NCBI RefSeq assembly: GCF_036321535.1
Contig: NC_087472.1
Coordinates: forward strand, 99,388,001 to 99,452,000
DNA length: 64,000 bases
Direction of reading: 5' to 3'
Source of the DNA: Camelus dromedarius
Lineage: Eukaryota
A program made the position numbers and the translations under genes. The stretch's first letter is position 1; the number at the start of each line of letters is the position of its first letter. Shown in pieces: positions 25,321-37,180 of this stretch. The notes under the pieces were generated by a model that saw only the letters and a program-made list of their open reading frames with translations, was not told where the DNA came from and did no database searches.

Positions 25321-25639
25321 AGAGCCAAAATATGGAGAAATGTTAATGCCTGGCTGAAGAAATTATGCTTCGCTAGATGGCTGATAAAGATAAATGGGGA
25401 GATTTTGAGCAGAAGAAGGCATGTTGACAGTATTATTTTTAGGAGAATCAGTCTGGAGGTGTATAGAGGATGAACTGAATATCCGATCCCTCTCACACAC
25501 TTCCCACCAATAATGTTCCCAGTAAACACCCTCGCACTCCGTCTCCACCCACTCCATCTGAGCCTATCAAAGTAACTAACACAGGAGACTATGGAAGACG
25601 TGTCTAAGTCCACATTTTTCATTCTCAGTGAGTAAATGC

Positions 25640-26130
25640 TAACATCCTTACTGTATAAAGCAAGAACTCATAAATAAACACAAAAAATACTGACATCAAT
25701 TGGACAACAAAGAAAGGACATAAATAGGAATGTCACAAAAGAAGAAATTGGACCAAGTAACCAAAGAGACTGCAAACTAAATAATGAGATGCCAATTTTG
25801 CCTATCAAATTGTCAGATATTATAAAACGAGTAATAGCGTAGGCAAGGCTTTAGGAAAATGGCACTCTTATACATTAGATGTAGGAGTGGAAATTAGGTT
25901 CCTGGAAGGGAAAAAAATTCAGAGATGAAGTTAAAGATATCACGACATTCAGAACGTTTATATTCACTCAGAAATTTGCCAAAAACTGAATGGCCAACAA
26001 TAAGGGAATAATTAAATCATGTAGTCTAATGATTCTATTTTATACAGTGATTTAAAATCATAATATAAAAGAATATTAGATGCTTAAGGCATTTCATATT
26101 TATATTATAATGTTTAGTTTAGAGAACAGG
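25640..26130 (+). mobile_element. L1ME-like fragment
   Basis: aaggacataaatagg...tcacaaaagaagaaa...gcctatcaaattg...ggcactcttatacatt. Confidence 0.55.
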
Positions 26131-26879
26131 ATATGGACATATATACACATACTAGGGTCACACTGAATGCGTGTTTTCATTGAATGTCAAATGATTGAGT
26201 GTTAAAATTGATATTTGGCTGAAAGCAAATGTCACCATCACAGAATGAACTTCTGAGATACAAGAATAAATTAGTATCCAAAATTTAATGAAAATTACAA
26301 TTTCATTAAAAAAATTTTTTAGTCAAAATTTTAAAGTTGCCATTACACTATTAGAACAATCATTTGGAGTATTCAGTAAATGCTCACCTTCAGCGGAGTC
26401 TGGTGGAAGAACAAGATATTTTCAGGTAGCTCATTTCTGTTCTAGCATAATTTCTTCCTACCTTCATGCTCTTTATATTCTTCATTATGTAGGGATTGAG
26501 GATGATAGCTCATGAATGTCATAATATGTGATTTTAGAATTTCTTCTTATATTTGTATTACATTTTTATAAACATTTGTTGACTCAAGATGGGTATAATG
26601 AAGTCCCTAAAGTTACTAAGCTAGCACACTCTCTTATTGCTCCTATCATCTGTACATTTATTTCTTTATTTAGCTGTTTCAGAGTTCTTAATCACTTTTG
26701 CACTTCAAATTAACAGGTCTTACCATCTTATAATAAATATACATCCAAACTTCACCTGATGAGTAAATACATTTAAGGTGTTTGCTTCAAGTTATAGCTA
26801 GTATGCTTAACCATATTTGAAAGAAAAAAATAAATAAATAATCAAAAAGTCTAATTCATGTAAGTAACATGACTTTTTC

Positions 26880-27255
26880 ATATTTATGATATAATTGGGT
26901 CTTGCTTTCTTACCTAATCTGATCATTTCTGCCTTTCAATTGGGATATTTAGGTCATTTACACTGAATTTTATTGTTGCTACCGCTGAGTTTAAGTCTAC
27001 CATCTTGCTGTTTGTTTTCTATTTGTCCCATCTGCTCTTTGTTCCTTTTCTCCTCTTTTTCTGCCTTCTTTTGGATTGAGTTTTCTTTCATTTTATCCTT
27101 TGTGTGTGCTTATTAGCTAAAACTCCTTGTTATTTTTATGTTTGTTTATAGTACATGTCTTTAACTTATCACAGTCTACCTTCAAGTAATATGCCACTCC
27201 ACATATAGTATAAGAACCTTACAACAATATACTTCCACTTCCCCACTCCTGGCCT
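26880..27255 (-). mobile_element. L1M fragment
   Basis: ttgggtcttgcttt...tttaagtctaccatcttgctgtttgttttctatttgtccc. Confidence 0.65.
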
Positions 27256-27401
27256 GTGGGACTCAGAATCTCTAAGACTCTGTGACTGCTTGCCCCGTAA
27301 TTCCTCCTCCATTTTCACTTAGCTTCACACAGTCCAGTGATACAATCTTCCTTCTCATATACTCTGACCTTATGAGACTAAAAAAAAAAAAAAATCCTCC
27401 A

Positions 27402-27907
27402 TGGGGTGGGCTGAATAATGGCCCCTAAAGATGTCCACATCCTATTCCCTGGAACCTGTGACTGTTACTTTCTATGGCAAAGGAACTTTGCAGATGTGAT
27501 TAAGTTAAGGATTTTGAGATGGGGGATTGCCCTGGATTATCTGGGTGGGCCCTATGTAAAATTACAAGGGTCCTTTTAAGAGGAAGGTTAAGGGAGACAG
27601 TAGGAGATGTGATGAGGGAAACAAGAAGTTAGACTGAGGCAAGAGGTTGGAGTGATGTGAGAAGGGGGCGAGTGCACAGCCCAGGAATGCAGGTGAACTC
27701 TAGAAGTTGTGAAAAAGGTAAAGAAACAGATTCTTTCCTGAAGCCTCCAGAAGGAATTCAATCCTGCCAACACCTTGACTCTAGCCCAGTGAAACTGATT
27801 CTGGACTTCTGCCCTCTGACCTATAGAATTGTGAGAAAATTAATTTATGTTGCTTCAAGCCACTAATTTGTGGCAATTTGTTACAACAGTAATAAGAAAC
27901 CAATACA
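27402..27907 (+). mobile_element. Solo MaLR LTR (MLT1D-like)
   Basis: ctgaataatggcccctaaagatgtccac...gaagcctccagaagga...aagaaaccaataca. Confidence 0.85.
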
Positions 27908-30595
27908 TGAATGATATCACAATTTTGAAATATTCCATGAAGATCCTATTATATACAAGCACATGTCTATCAGAAGGCCAAACCATAAATATTCTGACTG
28001 CAGAGCAGTTGTTCTGATAGACACTGGTTGCAGTGTCCTGGGAGCCATTCACCTTTGCATGAATAAGGGGAAGTGGTGACCGTGAGGATACAGCAGGCAA
28101 GCCCTCAGGCAGATATCCAGCGAGGACAAATGGTCTTGTCGGGCCTCTAGAAGGCAGCAACTGGCGTGTTGGGGACAGAGGCTAATTTTGGGGTTTCCCA
28201 TGCCCCAGAGAAAAGTCTTACAACTTTTCAATTCAAGAGTCCACCACAGAGTTTCTCTCTGGCTTCTTCTGTTTCGGTTCTTAACAGACATGATCTGATT
28301 ATGCCAGCCCAGCTTGTGATTGGTTGCCTCACATCAGGTGTCCATCCCCTGCCTCTCAGCTGAGGCCAAAGGTCGCCCAGTACAAACATGGCTACCGGGG
28401 CCCTCCCTTTCCACAAGGACAATTTCAAAGACGGGTGAGTTCCCCTGGCATCCTAAAATGGGCCTGACAAGTATGTGTAAATAAATACAGCATGAAAGGC
28501 CAAAACTGTGAACCCTATTTCTCTTTGGATCACTTTTCAACAGGTGACTTAAGTCCCAGAGGCTTGGAGGAAGATTAACATTTGTACAGCACCTCTTAGA
28601 AGTCAAGGAAATTGGGGCAATAATGAGCAACTCTTATCGTAATTACTCACCTTAACTGACCTATAAAGCAGCTTGAAGGGAGAGTATTGAAGGGTGTGGG
28701 GAAACAAGAGAAAGTGGGATATAAACAGAAGAATCGAGAAGGAAATGGGACAGGAACGGCTGTTTATTGAACACGTGCTGTGTGCCAGTGTGGTGGGCAC
28801 TAGGCACAGGTTATCTGGTGTGTTCATTTGACAAGGAGATGAGGAGAGAAGGAGGAACTTAGGAAAGAATAAGAAAGTATGAAAACCTGCTATTCCCACC
28901 ACTCGTAAACGCCGCCGCCTGGTTTCCCACATCTCAGTTATCAGAAAACCTTAGGTCATGAGCAAGTTCTTCCAGTTTTCGGCACAAAACATTTTTTTAA
29001 CTTTTTACTCAGTTCACATAGTTGACTCAAGCATTATGTCAAGGGAAAGAAACCAGACTTGAAGGACTACATACTGCGGTTACACAACTGTATACACTTC
29101 TCAGAATTCATAGAACTATACACACCTAAACAGGATGACTCTGTATGTAAATTATGCCTCAGTAAACCTGTCTACAATTTTTTCACCAATTCAGGTTGAA
29201 ATATACTGAAATCTCATTACTTACTGTCTTGCATTTTCTCCCTCTAAACATAATCTGACCTTTCTTTATTGATTTGGGATTTGGAAGGAGTTAGAAATTT
29301 TCATGATTGTTCTCTTCTGTATGAAACTGATACACTCAGAGTCTATTGTCCCTAAAAGCCGAAATGGTCCCAGATTGCTGCGTTTGCTCAGCCCTTGTGA
29401 CTGTTTTACACTTTATCTTTCTCCCCACCTTCCTATAGGTGATCAGCTGTGACACGCACCCCACCCCCACTCCACTCCCAGCCCTACCCCGTGAGTGTAC
29501 TTTCCCAGCACAACAGTTCCAATTTGCTGCTTCTAAGCGGTTGTGAACTGTGGGGGGTAGGAGTGAGGGCAGCTAATTGTGTGGATAAGAACTGTGTGTT
29601 AAGTACAAATAAATACGTGCTGAACAAGGGTCTGGGAAGCTTTCCTATAATAAAATGCACCAGCTTTTGTGCACGGATGGAGTGATTAATCTCACTTAGC
29701 CATTCAGAGGCCTGATTTACTTATTTATTAGTTCTCGACCAAGTTCCTGAAAGGTCAGGTTGCTGCATCCCTGCATCATTGGAGGTGAAGTGTTGCCATA
29801 GTATTTTATTCATCCACACACTCATACATACATATTGACACACAACCAACTACTTAAACAAGGTGGAAGGAAGGAGCCAAAAGAAACATTCCATTCTGGA
29901 TAATTCAGAACAGGTACAGCACAGAATACCGCAGAGTTGAATAGCTAAAATGACCCTAAGGGGGAAGTGACATACACACTACATATGTAATATTATTATA
30001 TATCTATTAGATATAGTATGTATATAGCATATATATCTCTTGAATTAGACAGAAAGGACTTGGTTCACTGCCCACAGGATAAGGTCACATTTTGAATCAC
30101 CCAACTGATAATGGCAGAAAAGCATTTTCAAAACAGTTGGGGCTGTTTTCTCTCTCTCTCTCAAACAGGGCATTTGATTAACCTTTTTTCTAAGATAAGA
30201 GTATCAATTACACGCATATCCTGCTGCATGTGTATCTGCTCACAATGTAACCATTTCAAATCTTTATAAAAATCAAGTGATTTCTATACTCATCAGTCTA
30301 GATGGAATTTTGTTAGTTCACTCTCAGAGGGCATAGTAATTAGTGCAAGATTTAAAGCGAGAGTAAATAGTAATGAAGCTTTGGCATTCTGGCCTAAAAT
30401 GGCATAATGACTAGAATATAGAATTTCAATTCTTGGCTTCCCTTGCCGGTGCTAAAATCCCCGCAATTGAGTTTGTGGATGACTTTAGTTACATTAGTCA
30501 GACGTCCTCCGTTTGCATCTCTCTCTGTCCTGTAATTGCTACCATTTCCAGAATGGCTTTGTAAAAACAAAGACATTCATTTCAGATTTATATTC

Positions 30596-30790
30596 TAATA
30601 TTTTTGAGCTTTTGTTTGTATCAGGCACTGTGCAGGTGCTTTTAATCCTCAAAAGGATCCGTACATTTTACAGGTGAACAAACTAAGGCTCAAAGAGTTT
30701 CAGTAGGTTTCCCGGAGACACAAAGCTGGTCAACTGGAATTTGGAGTCTGAAGCTAGGGCCCTGCACTAATGTCCTTGACCTCACTGACA
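30596..30790 (-). mobile_element. MIR SINE
   Basis: caggcactgtgc...tttaatcctc...cattttacaggtgaacaaactaaggctcaaagag. Confidence 0.7.
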
Positions 30791-32169
30791 TCACTTTCAC
30801 TACATAAAAGGTGAAGGCCTCATTTCCTTTATTTGTTGCAACAGAGAGCATCCATGAGGTCTTTATCTTTGTATATTTTTAAAAATTAATTCTATCTCTC
30901 GTGCCTCTGCTCATCTGAATTATTATTCTCTCATCATTTTCTTTGGGTCAACAAAGTATTTTTAGTAAACATGAGCTGCAATTTGCTATATCCAAGAATG
31001 TTTAATTCTCTCTCTAATGGGCCAAGGTCTTCAGAATCTTCCTTTCATTGTGAAAACATCAGTTTAACCTTTCCGAGTCTAAAGATGGTCATCTCAAGAC
31101 TCAACTGTATACCGCTCACCAACAGAAAATTGACAGTCTTATTTCCTGAAATGCTGAGCAGTCCTCCCTCCCCTCAGCAGTTCACAAGATCATCAGATCT
31201 TAATAAAAAAAAAGAATCGGACCATTTTAGCGGGTTCGTATGATTTTAAAAACCAAAGGACTAGGAGTAGCTAATACAATCCCTTTGCTTCATTTTTATG
31301 CTTTTACACGATGTTGTTTTTTCTTTCTTAATTTTGTGTCTTCGCCAATGCTGTGCTTCTCTCTCCTGGAGACTCTCCGTAGAAACAGAGAGCTTTGAGG
31401 AACTTGACAGAAAGAAATGAAAGCCCAAAGGGCCGTTTTCAGCCTCACAGGCTAACGTGAGAGCCAGTCCTGAAAGTCGCTCCAGTCTTCTGTCCTGCTC
31501 AGCCTCGGGTTTGCCTCAGTCCCGCTGGTTTTGTCCTGATAGCTGATTCTCTTCAGTCTCCCCGTCAAACTGCTCACACAGCAAGCTGTTTCCTAGCAGA
31601 AATGCCTTCCGAAGCTCTACTAGGTACCGATCTGCTTCTCTTGATGATATGAAAGCACCGCCCTGCTGGTGTTAACTTTCCGGATCATCAGATAACGAAT
31701 TGAGTCACCCCTGTGTTCTGAGTGGCTAGGCCATCCAGTTGCTGACTAATGAGAAATGCAACAAAGGGCAGGGAAGCAATTCTGGGGCAACAAGTCAGAG
31801 GAGCAGACATCAGCCCTTTGGTACACCCCTGCTTGTTACCTGTCAGATCAAGACAACCCACCCCCTTGCAAAAATCTTAACAGGAAAAGAGAAATGAGAA
31901 TTCCTCATAGCTCTCACTCGTTTGTTTTGACTGAAACATCTTTTTAAAATGAGAAACTGAAATGAAAGAGGGAATGAGAGCAAGGAGAGAGTGATTACCC
32001 TAGGGTACAAGAGGAAGTTCAAAGCAGAACATCAAGTCCAAATTTTTGTCACTCCCCTATAAAGAGCTGGCTTTCTTCCTTTCTGGAAGCAGGCAGGCTG
32101 CTCCGAGCAGTTGGCCACCTGTGAAATATTGCCCCACGCTGGGTTTTCATCAGGAAAAACAAACACGAG

Positions 32170-32300
32170 CCAAGTCTCCTCATGTGTAAAATGCAAAACA
32201 CAACCTGTACCTCCGAGTGCTGTGAGAATTGTGTGCTAGAACAAATATGAATGTGCCCCAGCACAGGCCTGACGCATAGAACGTGCTTCTTGAATGTAAG
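32170..32300 (+). mobile_element. MIR fragment
   Basis: ctcctcatgtgtaaaatg...tgtgagaatt...gcacaggcctgacgcatag. Confidence 0.55.
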
Positions 32301-32303
32301 AGC

Positions 32304-32710
32304 ACGTGGTGGACACAGAGCCGAGCTGCCCAGAGCCTCCTTCTGTGACGGGCTGGTCACCCCTGCTACCGGGAGGGCTACCGGCCCCTCCGGGGACCAC
32401 GTCAGCTGCAGGGAGCCCCCTCTGCTGAGACACAGCCTTTTCGGGGCGGCCCACACCCTGGACGGGCAGGGGTTTAAAGGCCTGACCATTTGGGCCCAAC
32501 ACAGGACAACTTCGATGGGCCCTTTGGTCACACGGCTCCCTGTGGAGTTGGCCTAAGCTGTCGCCAGGCCTGCTCTGCAGGTCAGCTGCTCCCTCCGTCC
32601 ACTCCGGCCCCTCCCTTCCTCAGGTGTTGACTCCAAGGGCACATGTGACACACATCCTGCCCGCTGAGCTCTGTCTTGGAGCCTGCTTCCCGGACAGCCC
32701 AACCTGCAAG
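32304..32710 (+). mobile_element. ERVL solo LTR (LTR16C-like), CpG-rich
   Basis: gctgcccagagcc...ggcggcccaca...ggtttaaaggcc...caggtgttgactccaagggc...gcctgcttcc...aacctgcaa. Confidence 0.7.
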
Positions 32711-33654
32711 GGGAGAGGATGGAAATGATAAATAATTGGAATTCAGGGTTTAAAATGTTGTGTAGCTCTGGCTGGTACTAATACAGCTTGTCCAAACCTA
32801 TTACTGAAAGATTTATAAAGCCCTAGAAAAATACCCCAAAAGTACATAATGAGTCTCAGAAACTAACCCAAGTTAGTAATAAATTACTTGGCCAATGAGA
32901 CTAGGAAATTAGACACTGGGGAAACTGACTGGGGAAAAATTTCCAAATAGAGGCTTCACTTCCTGTGTCTCCCAGTTCATTTTCAGATACATTTGAGAGT
33001 TAAATGCATGTTTTTTAAATACAGGAAAATATGTGGGTGAGTGTTTAGCTGATCTCTGCCTTATAGGAATTTGTAATTTTCACATGATTGTTAAATTTCA
33101 ATTTTTTATATTTTTGAGAAACTTCAAAGTTAGAAAAACACACACAAAAAATAGAACAAAATCCTATAGCCACATCACCTAAAGTTAATAACTGTTGACA
33201 CTTTATAATGTTTGCTTCCAGTCATTTGCTTAAAATTCACATGCACAATATTTTTATTAGTTTTGAGTGCTTGAATGCAAGTAAGCAGAAAAAGGATTAC
33301 TGGTTTGAGTCAAAGTATAGAAGGAAAGCCTGGAGATGACCTCGTAAGACAGGCAAGTACGAGGGCAACTAGACAGCAAGGTAGCGCAGCCGATATGGCA
33401 CAAAAAGCAGTCTTATTTGGGGCCATCACTGGTCCTACCACCCCTGCACAGAAGTCACCCCCACCTCTGGGTTCTCAGGATGGCTGTTTCAACCCTGAGT
33501 AATTTTTCAACTCTTCCTCAATCTTGGCACCATTCTCCCAAGATTCAAATGTCCATTCAAATGGCCTAGCTGTCAGGGTTGGACAGAGGGTATATCTGAC
33601 CCCCTTGCCAAGGCAAGACCCTTTCTCCCCAAAAGACTCACAGAGTGGGGAGCG

Positions 33655-34135
33655 TCAGTTATTAAGCTGTTTCCCCCTCAGCTTTAAGCCCTGTCCCCTG
33701 TGTGCCACTTTGCGGGGCTGAGGCTGAGGCGCTCTGCAAACTGCATTTCTTCTTTGCCAACTGCTCCCTATGTTGACTGCCAATAGAGAATTCTAGAAGA
33801 AAACTAGAAGCCTGAGGAAGAAAGAAAAGTTCATGCTTCTTCCTCTTCCCTTCCTGCGCCTGTCAGCATTAATCTAGTCATGCTCCTTCACCCCAGCAGT
33901 GGTGATTCATGCCGGTAGTGTGCTCGATTCCAGACTGCAGTCTTTCCAACACTCCCAGCACGAGCTCGTCATTCCCCCTTTGAGCTCAAAGACAGACGCC
34001 AGGACCAGCCAATCAGCCCCCATCTCCTCACAGGTCTAAGTCCAAGCCGTGCGGGGCCCCTGCTCCAAGCCTGTACGTTTTAAACATTCTAGCCTTTTCC
34101 CTTGGTTCTTTTATTCTTAAGGGCAGTAGTTCTTA
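33655..34135 (+). mobile_element. ERVL LTR (LTR41-like)
   Basis: ggggctgaggct...gcaaactgcatttcttctttgccaactg...ctttccaacactcccag. Confidence 0.55.
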
Positions 34136-34333
34136 GTGTCTCCTCTTCTGTGAATTGCCCAGCCATCTGGTTTTATTCATTACTATTATGTTATCTGTCT
34201 TTTCCTTATTGATTTGTAAGCCTTCTTCGTATATTCTGGATGCTAATCATCAGTTTTGAATGGTGTCTATTGTTCATCATATGACTTTTAACATTTTTGT
34301 GATATCATATGCCAAACAGACATTTTACACTTT

Positions 34334-34670
34334 TTTTTAATTGAAGTATAGTTGATGTACAATGTTGTGTTAGTTTCTGGTGTACAGCATAGGGACTCAG
34401 TTACACATACACATATATATTCCCTTTCCACTTCATATTCATTATAGGCTATTACAAGGTATTGAATAATTTTCCGTGCTATACAGTAGGACCTCGTTAT
34501 TTACCTGGTTTTGTAAAGAATTTCCTTGTAGTTCCACTTGTACAAGACCTCCTGGGAGAGTTCAGTAGGTATTCTGTGAGAACTGTTCCACATGCAGATG
34601 TATTTTTGATGTATCTGTGAGAGGGGGTGAGCTCTGCTTCCTTCTATTCCGCCATCTTGAAGCCCCTCCC
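34334..34670 (-). mobile_element. Bipartite L1 derivative: L1 5' terminus fused to L1 3' terminus
   Basis: Sense start gggaggggcttcaagatggcgg (YY1-type L1 start) joined after ~165 nt to the terminal 3'UTR and poly-A; TSD acattttaca(c/t)ttt at 34320-34333/34677-34690. Confidence 0.75.
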
Positions 34671-34827
34671 ACTTTAACATTTTACATTTTGATAGACAAA
34701 TTTATCAGTCTTTTCCTTTACAGTTTGCACTTCATATGAAGAGAGAGAGAGGCGAACGGGCAGGAGGGAGGGGAAGTGGAGGGAGGGAGAGAAAGAAGAA
34801 AGGAAGGAAGCAATGTAACCCAAGATC

Positions 34828-35460
34828 ACTCACTCATTGACTCATTGAACAAATGTTTGTTTAGCGTCTACGCTGTTCTTTCTCCTGCTATTATTTATAG
34901 CAATAAGTAAGATAGTCGAGGCCTGCCCTTGTGGAGCTTACATAAATATAGAATTTACTGTCAGGAATGAAGGTGCTATGAAGGGAAGTAAACAAGGGTA
35001 AAGGGATAGAGAGGGGCAGGGAGACGCTTTACCCAGGATGCCGCTGTGAGCAGAGACCCAGCTGGAGTGAGGGAGTGAGCAATGCACATCTCAGGGCCAG
35101 GAGCCCGCCCGACAGAGGGGAAAGCCACAGAAGAGGCCCTGAGACGGCAACGATGTTTGCAGTGTTTGAGGAACAATCGGCTAGGAAGCCAGTGGGGCTC
35201 AAATTCAGTGAGCGGGGGGGGGGGGGGGGGGGGGCAAGTGGTAGGAAAGGAAGCCAGCGAGGTAGGCAGGGCAGGGGCCACCTGGGGGCCAATGTGGAGA
35301 GGCAAGGAAGAGACGTTATCTTACAATTTAAAAAAGTCACAGTGTTCTCCGGTGCAGAGAACAGGTACGGGGAGAGGGGAGGCACGAGAGAAATCAGGGA
35401 GGTTGGTTGGAAGGGACCACAGTGTCCAGGCAAGAGATAGTAACTGCATGAACTAGGGCA
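34828..35460 (-). mobile_element. L2 3' end
   Basis: cactcattgactcattgaacaaatgtttg...cctgcccttgtggagcttaca...tgtttgaggaaca. Confidence 0.75.
35214..35234 (+). repeat. Poly-G tract (G21)
   Basis: 21 consecutive G. Confidence 0.95.
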
Positions 35461-35479
35461 TCAAGATCTTCTTCTTACG

Positions 35480-36190
35480 TTTTGTTCTCTTTTCAAACCC
35501 TGTTTGGCTGTTGTTGTTGCTGTTGTTTTAACCTTTGGGACTTGAATGTGGCAGAATTTATTTGGGGACATGATGTAGGGATCTAATTTTAACTTTTTTC
35601 CATATGGAGAGCCAACTGTCCCAACACTGTCGTTTACTGAATATAGTTGGTCTTTTCCCAGTTGATTTGTGAAACAGAACATTTTATATATCAATGGCTC
35701 TTTTGAGGGGGATGTCTCTATTCTGTTTTATGGATTAGTTTGTCTATTCTTTTGCCAATACCATTCTTTTCAAGTTGTTGTAATTTTCGATTATGTCTTG
35801 ATGTCTGGAAGGATGGGTTCCTGCCTTCCTCCCAGCACCATCTTTTGTTCTTTTTCAAAATTATTTCAGATTTTTGTGCACTGTCATTGTTTCATATTCA
35901 ATTGAGAATCAGTTGTTGTTGAGTTCCCCAAAAAAATCCTGTAAAGGTTTTTGGTTTTAATTACACTAAATTTATAGCTTAACCTCGGGAGAATTTACAC
36001 CTCTAGTATTCAGTCTTCCTAAGTATAAATGTAGCAAGCTTTCCATGTATTCAGATCCTTCAATAAAGTTTAAAAATTTTCTCCATAAAATCCTCCCAAG
36101 AACTTTATAATTTGCACTGCTATTATGAGCCTCTCTTTTCCTATTGAGTTTTCTGTTGGTTACTACTAGTGACAAAGTACTGTATTTTTA
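35480..36190 (-). mobile_element. L1ME-like ORF2 fragment
   Basis: gtagggatctaatttt...gccaactgtcccaacac...gccaataccattc. Confidence 0.6.
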
Positions 36191-36199
36191 GTGTCAAAG

Positions 36200-37180
36200 A
36201 CTCTTATCAGGCATAAAAAGGGCTAACAAATAGAAAAAAAGTGCGCAAAGCACAGGAGGATCAGACAATTTTAAGGAGAAACTCAAATAACCAGTTAACA
36301 TGTTGAACTGTTTCAGCCTAACTAGCAATCAAAGAAATGCGAATTCAGACCCCCAGGCCAACACTGTACTGGCCCTTCCTAGACCACCTCCCAGATGGGG
36401 GTGGGGGTGGCCAGGACTCCAACCCTCCTCTCAGGGTGGTCCTGGGAAAAAGTCCCCCCGGGGTGGGACGTGGGGGATGGCTCCCTAGGTCCTGGCTGCT
36501 GATTGTAAGTAGAGGTCAGAGGCGGGAATAAAGAAGGAAATTAACCCAGAAAAAAAAAAAAAGAAATGCAAATTCAAGCAACGCTGAGAGAGTCATTTTA
36601 CACCTGCCAAAGTGGGGAAGTTTGTTTTCAAATTCTTGTGCTTCCTCTGTTTTAAGGGTCGTACTAACAGGCACTCTCATACTCTGCTGGGGAGCGTGTG
36701 ATTGAGGAAAAGCAATGCTGTACAACATTTTAAGAATTTTAAAAACTGCATGTTCCCAATCCTAGGGATTCTGACCTGGGAAAAAAATTAAAGATTGTTG
36801 GGGAAAATGCTCACCAAAGAGCCATTTCTAATAACAAAAACCTGAAAGAATCTAAATGTCTGACACCAGGACAATAGTTAAAGTATGGTACTACAGCCGC
36901 ATGATTAAATGATGCAGCCGTTATCATAACCACGTTTGAAAAATCTTTAATGGCTGAGAAAAATGCTTATGATGAAATGTGAAATGAAAAAGGAAGATAT
37001 AAAACTCTAACTCTCTAAAACTCTAGAGAAAATACATCAGAATATAGTAATATTTATCTCTGAATAGTGGATGGCCAGTGATTTTTGTTGTTGTTGTTGT
37101 TATTGCTGTTTGTATTTCCTAAGTTTTCTACAAGATGCGTGTGCTATTTTTTAGAATCTGAACATGAAAATGTTAAATAA
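36200..37180 (+). mobile_element. L1ME-like 3' region (host of the retrocopy)
   Basis: ctaactagcaatcaaagaaatgc...aggcactctcatactctgctgg...aatgcttatgat. Confidence 0.6.
36348..36559 (+). pseudogene. 5'-truncated processed retrocopy (3'UTR-like) or orphan transduction; parent not identified
   Basis: GC-rich non-repeat insert, AATAAA at 36527-36532, poly-A from 36550, 17-bp TSD aaagaaatgc(g/a)aattca at 36331-36347/36560-36576. Confidence 0.8.
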
